Source of the DNA: a virus
Lineage: Duplodnaviria; Caudoviricetes
DNA length: 54,455 nt
IMG/VR virus record: IMGVR_UViG_3300033406_000296
Span: 1 to 54,455 of that record
Strand: one strand, 5' to 3'
Within the stretch, counting starts at the first letter, position 1, and each line of letters opens with the position of its first letter. Below the pieces are notes generated by a model. The model had not been told where the DNA came from. It made no database searches and worked only from the letters and a program-made list of their open reading frames with translations. Shown here piece after piece: positions 18,796-28,409 of this stretch. Made by a program: the position numbers and the translations under genes.

Positions 18796-20524
18796 CGAAA
18801 AATACCCAGGATCATATCTCCTGGATTACTACAAAAAAACGCAGGCGGGGGAAATCATCGTCGGGAAAGAACTCACACTTTGCCTTGAGAATCTGATTAC
18901 TGATTTGCAGGATGAGCAATATCGATATGACCTAGCAGATCCCCAAAAGCGGATTCGGTTTATTGAAACTCAATGCAAGCATTCGATCAGTCCTTTTGCC
19001 GGCAAGCCCTTTTTATTGGAACTATGGGAAAAGGCACTCATTGAAGCCGCATATGGCTTTAAAGTGTATGACAAGGAATTTAAACAGTGGATTCGGCGCT
19101 TTGTCGAAGTACTCTTAATTATAGGCAGAAAAAATGGCAAAACGAGTCTCGCAGCAGCTCTTGGCAATTGCGAGTTTTTTTGTGGGGAAACCGGTACTAA
19201 CGTAATATGCGCCAGCAATGACTATGAGCAAGCGGGGCTGATTTTCGATGAGATAAACAACATGCGCGAGGAGTCACGGAGCCTGGAACGTGTTACCCGG
19301 AAAAACATAAAAGGAATATTTATGGGTAACCCCAAGCAAAAGAAAAAGAAGGGAAAATTCAGCTACCAGAACAAGGCCAAAATAAAAAAACTCTCCGCAA
19401 AGACAGGCGCTAAGGAAGGGAAAAACATTGACTTTGCTATTGTCGATGAAGTTCACGAAATGAAAGACGACGGACTGGTTATGCCGATCAAGCAATCTAT
19501 GTCCACTAAGTTGGAACCACTTATGATCGAGATTACCACCGAAGGATTTACCGATGAAGGGTACCTTGACAACCGCTTATCCTACGCTCGCCGGGTACTG
19601 AAGGGGGAAATCGCAAATGATCGGCTGCTAGTCTGGCTTTATACTCAGGATTCTGAGGAGGAAGTTTGGCAGAATCGAAATAGTTGGGTTAAATCCAATC
19701 CGAATTTAGGTGTTAGTAAGAAATGGTCTTATCTTGACGGTCTAGTAGAGCAAGCAAAAACGGAAACCTCCGTCCGCGCCTATATGTTGGCCAAAGATTT
19801 TAATGTTAAACAAAACTCAGCAGCCGCCTGGCTAACCGAAGCAGATATAAATAATCCGGCTACGTTCGAACTGGATAGGTTTAGAGGTAAATACTACATT
19901 GGCTCGCTCGACTTCGCGGAGACGACCGACCTTTGTAATGCCAAGGCGCTGATTTATGACCGGGAAATAAATCAGGTCTGCACTATGACGATGTACTTTA
20001 TTCCGGAAGATAAAGCCGATGCCATACTGGATGAACCGAATAGTCTCAATCCGGAAAAGAAAAATTATCGGGAATGGGCTAAAGCCGGACTAGTAACTAT
20101 TTGTCCTGGTAGTGAGGTGGATCCGGCAGCAGTTGTGTCCTGGTATTATGGACTTTATAAGCAATACCAAATGACACCGTTTAAAATTGCCTATGATAAC
20201 TGGCATGCCAAGGATTTTAAGCGCCTGGCGGCGGAGCATTTCGGCGAAGAAGTTTTAGAACGGATTAATATGGATTTTATGAGCATGTCCGGTCCAATGC
20301 GGATTATAGAATCGGACCTCAAGTCAAAGAAACTTAATTATAACAATCACCCTATTGATCGCTGGTGCCTTAAGAATACATCATTTAAAACTAATAACCT
20401 TGGCATGATTATGCCGGTGAAAAAATATGGGCAGAGCAAAAACCGGATTGACGGTGCGCTCGGCTTTATTATTGCCTATGCAGCGTATAGCCGGTTTAAG
20501 AATGAGTATATGAGTTTGGTTTAA
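18782..20524 (+). CDS. terL: Terminase large subunit
   Basis: LELWEK, GRKNGKT Walker A, IVDEVHE Walker B, LDFAETTD, RIDG. Confidence 0.96.
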   Translation: MNSLNEKYPGSYLLDYYKKTQAGEIIVGKELTLCLENLITDLQDEQYRYDLADPQKRIRFIETQCKHSISPFAGKPFLLELWEKALIEAAYGFKVYDKEFKQWIRRFVEVLLIIGRKNGKTSLAAALGNCEFFCGETGTNVICASNDYEQAGLIFDEINNMREESRSLERVTRKNIKGIFMGNPKQKKKKGKFSYQNKAKIKKLSAKTGAKEGKNIDFAIVDEVHEMKDDGLVMPIKQSMSTKLEPLMIEITTEGFTDEGYLDNRLSYARRVLKGEIANDRLLVWLYTQDSEEEVWQNRNSWVKSNPNLGVSKKWSYLDGLVEQAKTETSVRAYMLAKDFNVKQNSAAAWLTEADINNPATFELDRFRGKYYIGSLDFAETTDLCNAKALIYDREINQVCTMTMYFIPEDKADAILDEPNSLNPEKKNYREWAKAGLVTICPGSEVDPAAVVSWYYGLYKQYQMTPFKIAYDNWHAKDFKRLAAEHFGEEVLERINMDFMSMSGPMRIIESDLKSKKLNYNNHPIDRWCLKNTSFKTNNLGMIMPVKKYGQSKNRIDGALGFIIAYAAYSRFKNEYMSLV

Positions 20525-20703
20525 AAATATGTAAATAAGTAAATAAGTAAATAGATTTATAAATTTGCATAATTTGTTTTAAATGGTAGAATAAACTAAG
20601 ATGTTGAGATTTAATGACAAAATTGTGATAATAGAGCGGAATTATATATAGTTATTAACATTTGCGTTAATTATAGATAAAGTAAAGGGGAGATTTTATA
20701 AAA

Positions 20704-21378
20704 ATGAATAAAAATTATTTATTGTCAATTTTAGTAGTGATCATAACACTTCTAATTGCTGGTTGTGGGGAAATGGATAAAGCCACAAAACTTATACAGC
20801 AAGGAGATTATTCTTATGCTAAGATGATTCTTTTTAATGATTATCAGGAGGCTAACATAAAAGCAATTGATGATGATCTAAAAAAGATAGGTAAGGCAAT
20901 AGAACATAAACAAGGTATTTCTGAACCAGTAGGTATTAGAAAAGAGCCGGTAATAGTTTTATATAAATATGCAGACGCGAGGGATTCGGAAGCAAAGGGA
21001 AAAATCTATGAGGCAAGTGAAGCTATAAAGAACGTAAGTAATGATTATAAAGGTCCGTTAAGTAAAGAAATACTAGCCTATAAAGATGAGTTTTTATCTA
21101 AATATGCAAGCCAAATACAACAAGCAAGCGATGAAAAGGCAAAGGAAGAAAAAGATCAAAAAGAGACAGCAGAACAAGAAGCAAAAGAGCGAATTGACAC
21201 GTGGAATAAAACAATCAATATTGGGGATTTAAAGGATCACGTTATTGATGTTTTAGGAAACCCAAAAGGAGTTAATACAATAACATATGAAAATGGGACA
21301 GCTGAACAACTGATTTACTCTAATAAATATGTTTATATAAAAAATGGACGAGTTACAGCAATACAAACTGAAAATTAA
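20704..21378 (+). CDS. Lipoprotein moron between terL and portal
   Basis: Lipobox LIAG-C; C-terminal IGD..V..VLGNP (BamE/BLIP-like); AT-rich; sigma-A-like TTGCAT-N16-TAGAAT upstream. Confidence 0.8.
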   Translation: MNKNYLLSILVVIITLLIAGCGEMDKATKLIQQGDYSYAKMILFNDYQEANIKAIDDDLKKIGKAIEHKQGISEPVGIRKEPVIVLYKYADARDSEAKGKIYEASEAIKNVSNDYKGPLSKEILAYKDEFLSKYASQIQQASDEKAKEEKDQKETAEQEAKERIDTWNKTINIGDLKDHVIDVLGNPKGVNTITYENGTAEQLIYSNKYVYIKNGRVTAIQTEN

Positions 21379-21453
21379 TCGTGATTTTTTTAGACCTGTT
21401 ATTTATTGCATAAATGTGATATGTAGCGGTCTTTTTTATGAGGAGGTGACAAT

Positions 21454-22731
21454 TTGATATTTAACTACATAAAAGGCGTGCTCGATCGGTACCAAGCCAA
21501 GCGCCAAGCAAAACAGCTTATATCTTTATTAAATGATGGCCGCGCGATCTTCTCCAGCTTTGGAGAAGATATTTATTTGTCCGATTTCGTAAATAACTGT
21601 ATTGACCGTATTGCCTCGGAAATCAGCAAAATTGATATAGTCTCCGTGGTCCAAAAGCCCGGTTCCATCCGGCAGCAGAATGATGAAATCACGCGCCTGT
21701 TTCGGTTTAAGCCGAACCCGTTGCAGACCACGAAAGACTTCCTTGCATCCTGTGAATGGCTTAGGCGAAAAGACTGCAATTGTTTTATATATCCTCAGTA
21801 CGAAATTGTATATGACCAGGCGGGAAACCCATACAGGAACTATACTGCTTTTTATCCTTTACGCCCGACTCAAATTGAAATGGGGCTTGATGAGGGTGGA
21901 GCTGTTTGGGAAATAAAGTTTTACTGGCAGGATGGAACATCAGATATACTGCCTTATGAGGATATTGTCCATCTACGCTGGCGCCGCGGTAAGAATACTA
22001 TAATTGGAGGCGGGGATGATTTTGGTCGCCCGGAAACTAAAAATTTATTGAGCGCAATAACCACATTGGATAAAGTGATGCAGGGATTGCCTAAGGCGTT
22101 GGAAGCCAGCCTTCAAATTAAGGGGATTTATTCAGCGAAAACCCTGGTAGATTCAGATAAGATAAAAACAGCTCGGGATAAATTTGAGTCTCATGTTTTG
22201 AGTAGCAAATCTGGAATTATTGCAGTTGATTTGGCGGGGGAATTCCAACCGGTTAATGTTAATCCACCGGAAATTAAAAGTGAGGTTATGAGTTTCTTAA
22301 AAGGGATCATCCGTGAACGGTATGGTATTTCGGAGGCTATTTTATTTGGCGATTACAATGATGATCAGCATGAATCGTTTTATCAGAACTGTGTTGAAGA
22401 ATTTATTACGGAGTTTGAACAGGCGATGTCATGCTGTTTGTTTACCCAGCGTGAGCAGGATGTTGGGCATCGGATAAAATGCTACTATAGTCGGGTTGAA
22501 TATCTGTCCATGCAAAATAAAATCGAGCTGGCTACGCTGGCGACTAATACAGGATTGCTAACCCTAAATGAAATTAACGATTTGTTTGGCTTTGAGCCGT
22601 TTGACGATGGAGATCGGCGGCTTCAGTCATTAAATTTTGTGAATACGCAAATCGTTGATAGCTATCAGTTAAAAACGGCGGGTACGGAGAAAACACCGCA
22701 AGGAGGTTCTGGTAGTGGGAAAAAAGTATGA
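21454..22731 (+). CDS. HK97-type portal protein
   Basis: CIDRIASEISK, KPNPLQT, DIVHLR, LTLNEI. Confidence 0.93.
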   Translation: MIFNYIKGVLDRYQAKRQAKQLISLLNDGRAIFSSFGEDIYLSDFVNNCIDRIASEISKIDIVSVVQKPGSIRQQNDEITRLFRFKPNPLQTTKDFLASCEWLRRKDCNCFIYPQYEIVYDQAGNPYRNYTAFYPLRPTQIEMGLDEGGAVWEIKFYWQDGTSDILPYEDIVHLRWRRGKNTIIGGGDDFGRPETKNLLSAITTLDKVMQGLPKALEASLQIKGIYSAKTLVDSDKIKTARDKFESHVLSSKSGIIAVDLAGEFQPVNVNPPEIKSEVMSFLKGIIRERYGISEAILFGDYNDDQHESFYQNCVEEFITEFEQAMSCCLFTQREQDVGHRIKCYYSRVEYLSMQNKIELATLATNTGLLTLNEINDLFGFEPFDDGDRRLQSLNFVNTQIVDSYQLKTAGTEKTPQGGSGSGKKV

Positions 22732-23368
22732 TGAATCCATGATATTAAAACGGAATTTTGAAGTAAAGGATTTTCGGGCGGTACCGGCTGCCGATGATAA
22801 ACCAAAAATGTTGACGGGCCATCCCGCAGTGTTTGATCAAATGACATCCATTGGTGGATGGTATAACGAAATAATTGAGCGTGGTGCATTTGACGGAACG
22901 GACTTTGATGACGTTCTGTTTTTTGTTAACCATGATATGGGGAAGATTCCTTTGGCCAGAAGCCGCAGGAATAATTTAAACAGTACCATGCGGTTAGGAC
23001 TCGACGATATTGGCTTATTTATTGAGGCAGAACTTGATACAGAGAACAACATGGAAGCTCGGCAGGTATATTCCAGCGTCGATCGCGGCGATATAACCGG
23101 CATGAGCTTTTGTTTTCGCGTTGCTGAAGACCAGTGGGAAGACCTTGATACTGATACACCGACCAGGCACATTTTAAAAATAGCCAAGGTCTTTGAAGTG
23201 TCAGCCGTAAATTGCCCGGCTTATGACACTACCGATATTAATGCCCGCGACAAGGCGGCGTTGGATAACGCTAAACGAGTATTGGATAATGCTCGGTCGC
23301 AGGAGTTGGACAACTCCAAGGAGATTGATATATATAAGCTTAAAAATCGAATTTTAGGAGGTTTGTAA
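22715..23368 (+). CDS. HK97 prohead protease (S78)
   Basis: EIIERGAF, VNHD, GMSFCF, EVSAVNCPAY. Confidence 0.95.
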   Translation: MGKKYDESMILKRNFEVKDFRAVPAADDKPKMLTGHPAVFDQMTSIGGWYNEIIERGAFDGTDFDDVLFFVNHDMGKIPLARSRRNNLNSTMRLGLDDIGLFIEAELDTENNMEARQVYSSVDRGDITGMSFCFRVAEDQWEDLDTDTPTRHILKIAKVFEVSAVNCPAYDTTDINARDKAALDNAKRVLDNARSQELDNSKEIDIYKLKNRILGGL

Positions 23369-23372
23369 TTGT

Positions 23373-24638
23373 ATGAAAGATAAATTGTTAAGGTTACTTA
23401 AGGCCAAAGAAGAGGCCCGGGCGGCATTGGTTGCCAAATCTGAAAAGAGCGAAGAGGTAGCCGAACTTAGGAGCATTCATGCGCAGATTGAAAGTATTAA
23501 TACTGAAATTGCGGAGCTGCGGGGATTAATTGCGGAAGCTGAGACAGCGGAAAATCCTGCTGGTACCGATGACGGTCAAGAAGATAGAACTAAAGTAGTC
23601 AATGGCAAGCAACAGGAAAAACCTGCAGAAGCGCGGCAATTTACTCCCGGTAAGGGGTTTGAAAAAATCGACGGACAAAGTCCAGCCGAAGATCGTGCCG
23701 CCAAGGAGCTGGCTGATAAGGAAAAACGAGGCAAAGACCTAATGGAAGGTCGGTCGGTAACGGTAGCAAGCTCTAGTATTGTATTGCCGGCACAAACATC
23801 CAGTACTATTAACCCAACCTTTAATGTGGTTTCAAGCCTGGTTGATCGTGTTGATACGCTGATGCTAAAAGGCGGAGAATCATTTAGTCAGCCATATGAA
23901 AAAGATACGCCAGTTGGTGGTTATACCACTGAGGGGAGCGATTACAACGAGGCGGACGTAACTTTTGGATATGCCGACATTACTAAGGCCAAAATTACAG
24001 CATACTCCGAAACAACTGAAGAAATTCAAAAATTGCCGGCAACCGATTATGAAAGTGTTGTTATGAATGGGATTTCAAAGTCTGCCCGGAGGTATTTGGC
24101 GAAAGAAATTTTAGTTGGTACCGGGGCAACAAATCATTTGTCTGGTATTTTCTCAACTACCGCAACTGCGATTGAAACGGACACTGATATCGAGCTCTCC
24201 GCAATTAGTAATACAACACTAAGCGAAATTATGTTCACCTTTGGTGGCGATGAGGACGTTGAAGACCAGGCAGTCTTAATTTTGAATAAAGTTGATCTTA
24301 AGGCTTTCAGTCAGCTTCGGACAACTGATGGTAAGCCTTTCCACACTATTATTACTCATGGCAACACTGGCACGATCGATGGAGTTCCTTATATCATCAA
24401 CAGCGCATGCTATGCGGTTAGTGCGTCAGCGACTGCTTCAGCTGCGTATTGTATGGCATATGGGCCATTGTCAAATTACAAGCTGGTTATTTTCTCCGAT
24501 CTCGATGTTCGTAAATCAGATGATTACAAATTTAAGACCGGACAAATCGCTCACCGGGGTAGCGTGTTTGCTGGCGGTAACGTAGTTTCCTATAATGGGT
24601 TCCTGCGGGTGAAGAAAGCGACAACTACAACAACCTGA
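23373..24638 (+). CDS. HK97-fold major capsid protein
   Basis: N-terminal coiled-coil delta domain; ILVGTG...GI; follows the protease. Confidence 0.92.
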   Translation: MKDKLLRLLKAKEEARAALVAKSEKSEEVAELRSIHAQIESINTEIAELRGLIAEAETAENPAGTDDGQEDRTKVVNGKQQEKPAEARQFTPGKGFEKIDGQSPAEDRAAKELADKEKRGKDLMEGRSVTVASSSIVLPAQTSSTINPTFNVVSSLVDRVDTLMLKGGESFSQPYEKDTPVGGYTTEGSDYNEADVTFGYADITKAKITAYSETTEEIQKLPATDYESVVMNGISKSARRYLAKEILVGTGATNHLSGIFSTTATAIETDTDIELSAISNTTLSEIMFTFGGDEDVEDQAVLILNKVDLKAFSQLRTTDGKPFHTIITHGNTGTIDGVPYIINSACYAVSASATASAAYCMAYGPLSNYKLVIFSDLDVRKSDDYKFKTGQIAHRGSVFAGGNVVSYNGFLRVKKATTTTT

Positions 24639-24725
24639 TAATTGTAATGAAGTTTGGGGGCTCGATATTATCGCTGCCCCTCATATATTATTGAAAAATA
24701 ACGCCGCCAGCAAGGAGTCGAAATT

Positions 24726-24995
24726 ATGGAAGTTGATGAGTTAAAAGAATATCTTAAAGTTGATGGTAATGACCTGGATACGGTACTTGAAGGCTACATG
24801 GCAGCGGCTGAGACGTATTTAACAAACGCTGGTATTACTAAGGATTATACCAATGGCCTATATAAAACTGTGGTTACGGTGTTCTGTGGGACATTATTGG
24901 AGAATCCGAGCCTGATTGTTGCGGGCAAAGGTAGTTTAGATAGTCTTAGCATTACGTTGAATGCTCTTGTAGCTCAGTTGAGGTTCGCACAATGA
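24726..24995 (+). CDS. Head-tail connector (gp6-like)
   Basis: ELKEYLKVD..D..L..Y..AAETYL. Confidence 0.85.
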   Translation: MEVDELKEYLKVDGNDLDTVLEGYMAAAETYLTNAGITKDYTNGLYKTVVTVFCGTLLENPSLIVAGKGSLDSLSITLNALVAQLRFAQ

Positions 24996-25306
24996 TGATT
25001 GGTAAACTTGATAAACGGATAACCATTACCCAACCCACGAAAACAGACGACGGCCAGGGTGGAAAGATAAAAACATGGACAACAGTAGCAACTGTATGGG
25101 CACAGTTTAAAATACCTAAGGTGACAACAGACGTAGCCACGGGTACGGTGTTAAGTGATTTAACTTGGGAGATCGGCATTAGGTATCGGACTGATATCCT
25201 GAAAGGCTGGAAAGTTAGTTATGGTATCCAGACATTTGAGGTTATGCATGTATATTCTTTGGACCGGGACAAGACTACTCTGATTTGTCGGGAAGTGGTT
25301 AAGTGA
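24992..25306 (+). CDS. Head closure protein
   Basis: GKLDKRITI..DGQGG..W..VWA..IRYR. Confidence 0.88.
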   Translation: MMIGKLDKRITITQPTKTDDGQGGKIKTWTTVATVWAQFKIPKVTTDVATGTVLSDLTWEIGIRYRTDILKGWKVSYGIQTFEVMHVYSLDRDKTTLICREVVK

Positions 25307-25731
25307 AAATCAACATATCCCGTGATATCGGGAGCGTAAGAAAAGTGTTGTCGCGATTTGAAAGCTATGATAGCACGACCCAAGACAAAATACGGGCTTC
25401 TGTTTTATCTTCGCTAAATAATATAAAAGCAGGAGCCAGAAGGCGGGTTCGTGTGCGGTCGGGTATGTTAATGAAAAATATAACCAGCACCTTTGATAGT
25501 AAAACGGCATCCGGTAAAGTTTCAGCAAAATCGCCGCATGCTCACCTTTTAGAATTTGGCGCAAAAGGTGTATTAGTAAGACCGAAAAATAAAAAAGCCC
25601 TGCATTTTAAAGGGGGCTATAGTGCTAAGGCTAATATTCCGGCTCGATCTGCCCGGCCATTTATGCGGCCAGCGTTTGAAGAAGAAAAACCAAGCCTGAT
25701 AAAAAATGTCACTGAGGCGGTAAAACCATGA
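25303..25731 (+). CDS. HK97 gp10-like neck protein
   Basis: VRSGML, AHLLEFG, ARPFMRPAF. Confidence 0.88.
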   Translation: MKINISRDIGSVRKVLSRFESYDSTTQDKIRASVLSSLNNIKAGARRRVRVRSGMLMKNITSTFDSKTASGKVSAKSPHAHLLEFGAKGVLVRPKNKKALHFKGGYSAKANIPARSARPFMRPAFEEEKPSLIKNVTEAVKP

Positions 25732-26135
25732 TTATTGTAAGGCGTATCCCATTGAATGCTCTGCAAAAGAAAATTTATGAATTATTAACTACAGGCCAAA
25801 CCACGCCAGTCTATGATGATGTTCCGCCAGATGCAAGTTTTCCGTATATAACCCTTGGAGCCTTCACCTGTAAGCAAAATGGTGCTAAGAGCTTAGATAT
25901 GTCGGATGTATCCCTGCAAATTGATATTTGGTCGGAATACTGCGGAAAGGCTGAAGTTAATGGCATTATGGATGATATTGCAACACTGCTATCAGCATGT
26001 CCTATCGATTTATCCGACGATAATTTTAAAGTTATCAGTCAAGACATCGATTTTGCTGAAGCTTTCCCAGAAGATAATTTTGGGTACCATGGTGTTTTGA
26101 CACTGGTTTGTAAAATTCAAAACTTAGGAGCGTGA
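25728..26135 (+). CDS. Tail terminator (DUF3168-like)
   Basis: LQKKIY..L, VYDDVP..FPYITLG, IDIWS. Confidence 0.85.
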   Translation: MIIVRRIPLNALQKKIYELLTTGQTTPVYDDVPPDASFPYITLGAFTCKQNGAKSLDMSDVSLQIDIWSEYCGKAEVNGIMDDIATLLSACPIDLSDDNFKVISQDIDFAEAFPEDNFGYHGVLTLVCKIQNLGA

Positions 26136-26139
26136 AATT

Positions 26140-27102
26140 ATGAGTTTGAAAATAGACTTGCCGACAAACCCAATGTCGGAAGAATCCACAGTCGGTAAAG
26201 ATTATCTGCTCTATGTTGCAGGCATTATTGGAACAGCAACAACTGAATCATGGAATCTTATTGGGGGCCAGACCGGCGGATCTGTTGATGAATCTACCGA
26301 TGAGATTGATGTATCGACAAAGACTAGTGGTGGCTACAAAGCTACTGTTGCTGGTATGTCTTCATGGAGTATTGATTTCGATACGGTTGCGATTTTGCCT
26401 AATAGCGATTACGGCATTGAAATTTTGCGGCGGGCAAAGGCCCAGGGTAAGCAAGTAAAAATTAAAATATTATACCCAGATGGAAGTTACCGAGTGGGGT
26501 GGGCAACAACCACGACATATACCGTAGACACACCTCATGATAAAAATGCTACGTTAAAGGGAAAACTGAGTGGCTGTGGTCCCCTTTCAGATTATTCGGT
26601 AACGGTTGCTATTAGCTCAGCAACTGACCAGACTTATTATTTTAACAGCAAAGCCACGGCAACTGCAGTAACTCTTGATTCGGCTACGGTTGCAGCATCA
26701 AACTATACTGCGACAACGGCAGGACAAATTACTTTGTCGGCTTCTTATCTGGCTAATCTTGCATCTGGAGAATATTTGTTTTATGTTGAATTGTCTACCG
26801 GTGGATATTCGCTAATTCCAATAACAATTACGGGAACTGCTTCGATCAGTCCGACAACTGCAACTGTTAGCATTGCATCTACGGCGAATGAAACCTTTAC
26901 CATTACGCCAAGCAAGGAAACAATAGCTAGCGTGAAAAACGGCTCGACGACATTGACATCTGGAACGGATTATACTTATTCGTCAGGGACATTGACTATT
27001 GTAAGCACCTATCTTGCTTCGCTGTCAGCTGGGACCGTGACCTTGACAGTGACTACAACTTCAGGAACTGCACTGACAATTACGTTAACAGTTACGGCAT
27101 AA
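26140..27102 (+). CDS. Major tail tube protein with C-terminal Ig-like (X2-like) domains
   Basis: GKDYLLYV, IGGQ, IDVSTK, GMSSWSID, LSGCGPL; two Thr-rich beta repeats. Confidence 0.88.
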   Translation: MSLKIDLPTNPMSEESTVGKDYLLYVAGIIGTATTESWNLIGGQTGGSVDESTDEIDVSTKTSGGYKATVAGMSSWSIDFDTVAILPNSDYGIEILRRAKAQGKQVKIKILYPDGSYRVGWATTTTYTVDTPHDKNATLKGKLSGCGPLSDYSVTVAISSATDQTYYFNSKATATAVTLDSATVAASNYTATTAGQITLSASYLANLASGEYLFYVELSTGGYSLIPITITGTASISPTTATVSIASTANETFTITPSKETIASVKNGSTTLTSGTDYTYSSGTLTIVSTYLASLSAGTVTLTVTTTSGTALTITLTVTA

Positions 27103-27144
27103 AAAGGCGGCTGATTGTCGCCTAATTTATTTGGAGGAATAACG

Positions 27145-27525
27145 ATGAAAAATACAATCCCATTCGATTTGTTCGGCAAGAAACAGGAGCTATGTTTTAA
27201 AATTAAGGACATTCGTAAATTGGAGCAGGCATTAGGAAAACCGGTTCAAGTAATTTATAGTAATGCGGTAGTTGGTGTTGATTTTTGCTATGCGGCTTAT
27301 CCGATTCTTTTAAAGATATCGGAACAAGAATTTGAAGAAAAACTAGAAAAATACCTTGAGGATGGCGTTGGGACAATTGATCAATTAGCGATGCCAGCGA
27401 TTAACGCCTTGACCATTACTGGTGTAGTTGGTAAACCGTTAGCTGATGCTGTACGGGAACTGTATTATCCGACTGAAAAAGCGCAGGCTGATGAAAAAAA
27501 CGTAGAAGCGACGGTGAATCAATAA
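27145..27525 (+). CDS. Tail assembly chaperone (G)
   Basis: Position; ends with slippery A AAA AAC at 27495-27501. Confidence 0.8.
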   Translation: MKNTIPFDLFGKKQELCFKIKDIRKLEQALGKPVQVIYSNAVVGVDFCYAAYPILLKISEQEFEEKLEKYLEDGVGTIDQLAMPAINALTITGVVGKPLADAVRELYYPTEKAQADEKNVEATVNQ

Positions 27526-27827
27526 CCGTCGCTTCCTTTTATGAATGGTTGTGCTGGGCGGAGCCATTAGCATATGGTCCATTGAATTTAAAACCGTGGG
27601 AATTTGAAGAGCTGCAGCCACATGAATTTTATGAGTTGTTAGATGGGTATGATTGGCGCAAACGAGAAAACGATAATAACCAAGCATATTTTACGCACTG
27701 GATAGTTAATTCGTTCGGTGGAAAAGTCAGCCCAGCTGATATTTTGAAGCCGCTTAGAGAAAATCCTGCCGAGAAAAAACGTACGACGGCAGAAGAATTG
27801 AAGGAAAAGTTTAAGCATGTGCTGTGA
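27498..27827 (+). CDS. Tail assembly chaperone GT extension (-1 frameshift)
   Basis: -1 frame is open from the slippery site: KRRSDGESITVASFYEWLCWAEPLAYGPLNLKPWEFEELQPHEF. Confidence 0.8.
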   Translation, partial: KRRSDGESITVASFYEWLCWAEPLAYGPLNLKPWEFEELQPHEFYELLDGYDWRKRENDNNQAYFTHWIVNSFGGKVSPADILKPLRENPAEKKRTTAEELKEKFKHVL

Positions 27828-28334
27828 TTATTGTTGTGGCCTATTATCAATGTCCTTTTCTTCATTTGCCGCCATAGTCCACAATGTTTGCATCACATCT
27901 TTGTAATTATAATTACCGTAATCAAGCCGACATGCACTTAATTTTGACTTTAAAGTAGGATGCATTGCAAACACTATAACTAATTCGTCCTCACCGATAA
28001 TTCCATTGTACTTGCTATATATACCTATCCGCCAAACTTCCCGTGCGTCTTTATAATCATCTATAATTGGTTGAAATGTTAATTCAAGATAAGGGTCCTT
28101 ATCATTACTGGAGTATTTATCCTCGTATTTTCTAAAATTAACGGCTGCCTTAGACACTAACGAACTATAATCCTGAAAATTAACTCCAGCCTCAACGTTG
28201 TATCTAATTTCCTTAATCGAATCAAGTACTTTTTGAGCATCGGCATTGCTTTCGTCAGAATAGGCAAATGCCGTACTCATTACTGACAGCATTAATATAA
28301 AGATCAACAATAATATTTTTCTCAAACGAACCAA
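27828..28334 (-). CDS. Secreted moron protein
   Basis: Signal peptide ending AFA; antisense insertion before the tape measure gene. Confidence 0.75.
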   Translation of the reverse strand: MVRLRKILLLIFILMLSVMSTAFAYSDESNADAQKVLDSIKEIRYNVEAGVNFQDYSSLVSKAAVNFRKYEDKYSSNDKDPYLELTFQPIIDDYKDAREVWRIGIYSKYNGIIGEDELVIVFAMHPTLKSKLSACRLDYGNYNYKDVMQTLWTMAANEEKDIDNRPQQ

Positions 28335-28409
28335 CTCCCTTTTTATTCCATTTTAATATAGTATGTCCGAATTTATCAATGTATATTTACGTGAAAGGAG
28401 GTACTAAAA

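Noticed and set aside
20531-20554. Tandem GTAAATAA repeat
   Set aside because: Under three full units in AT-rich intergenic DNA; probably slippage.
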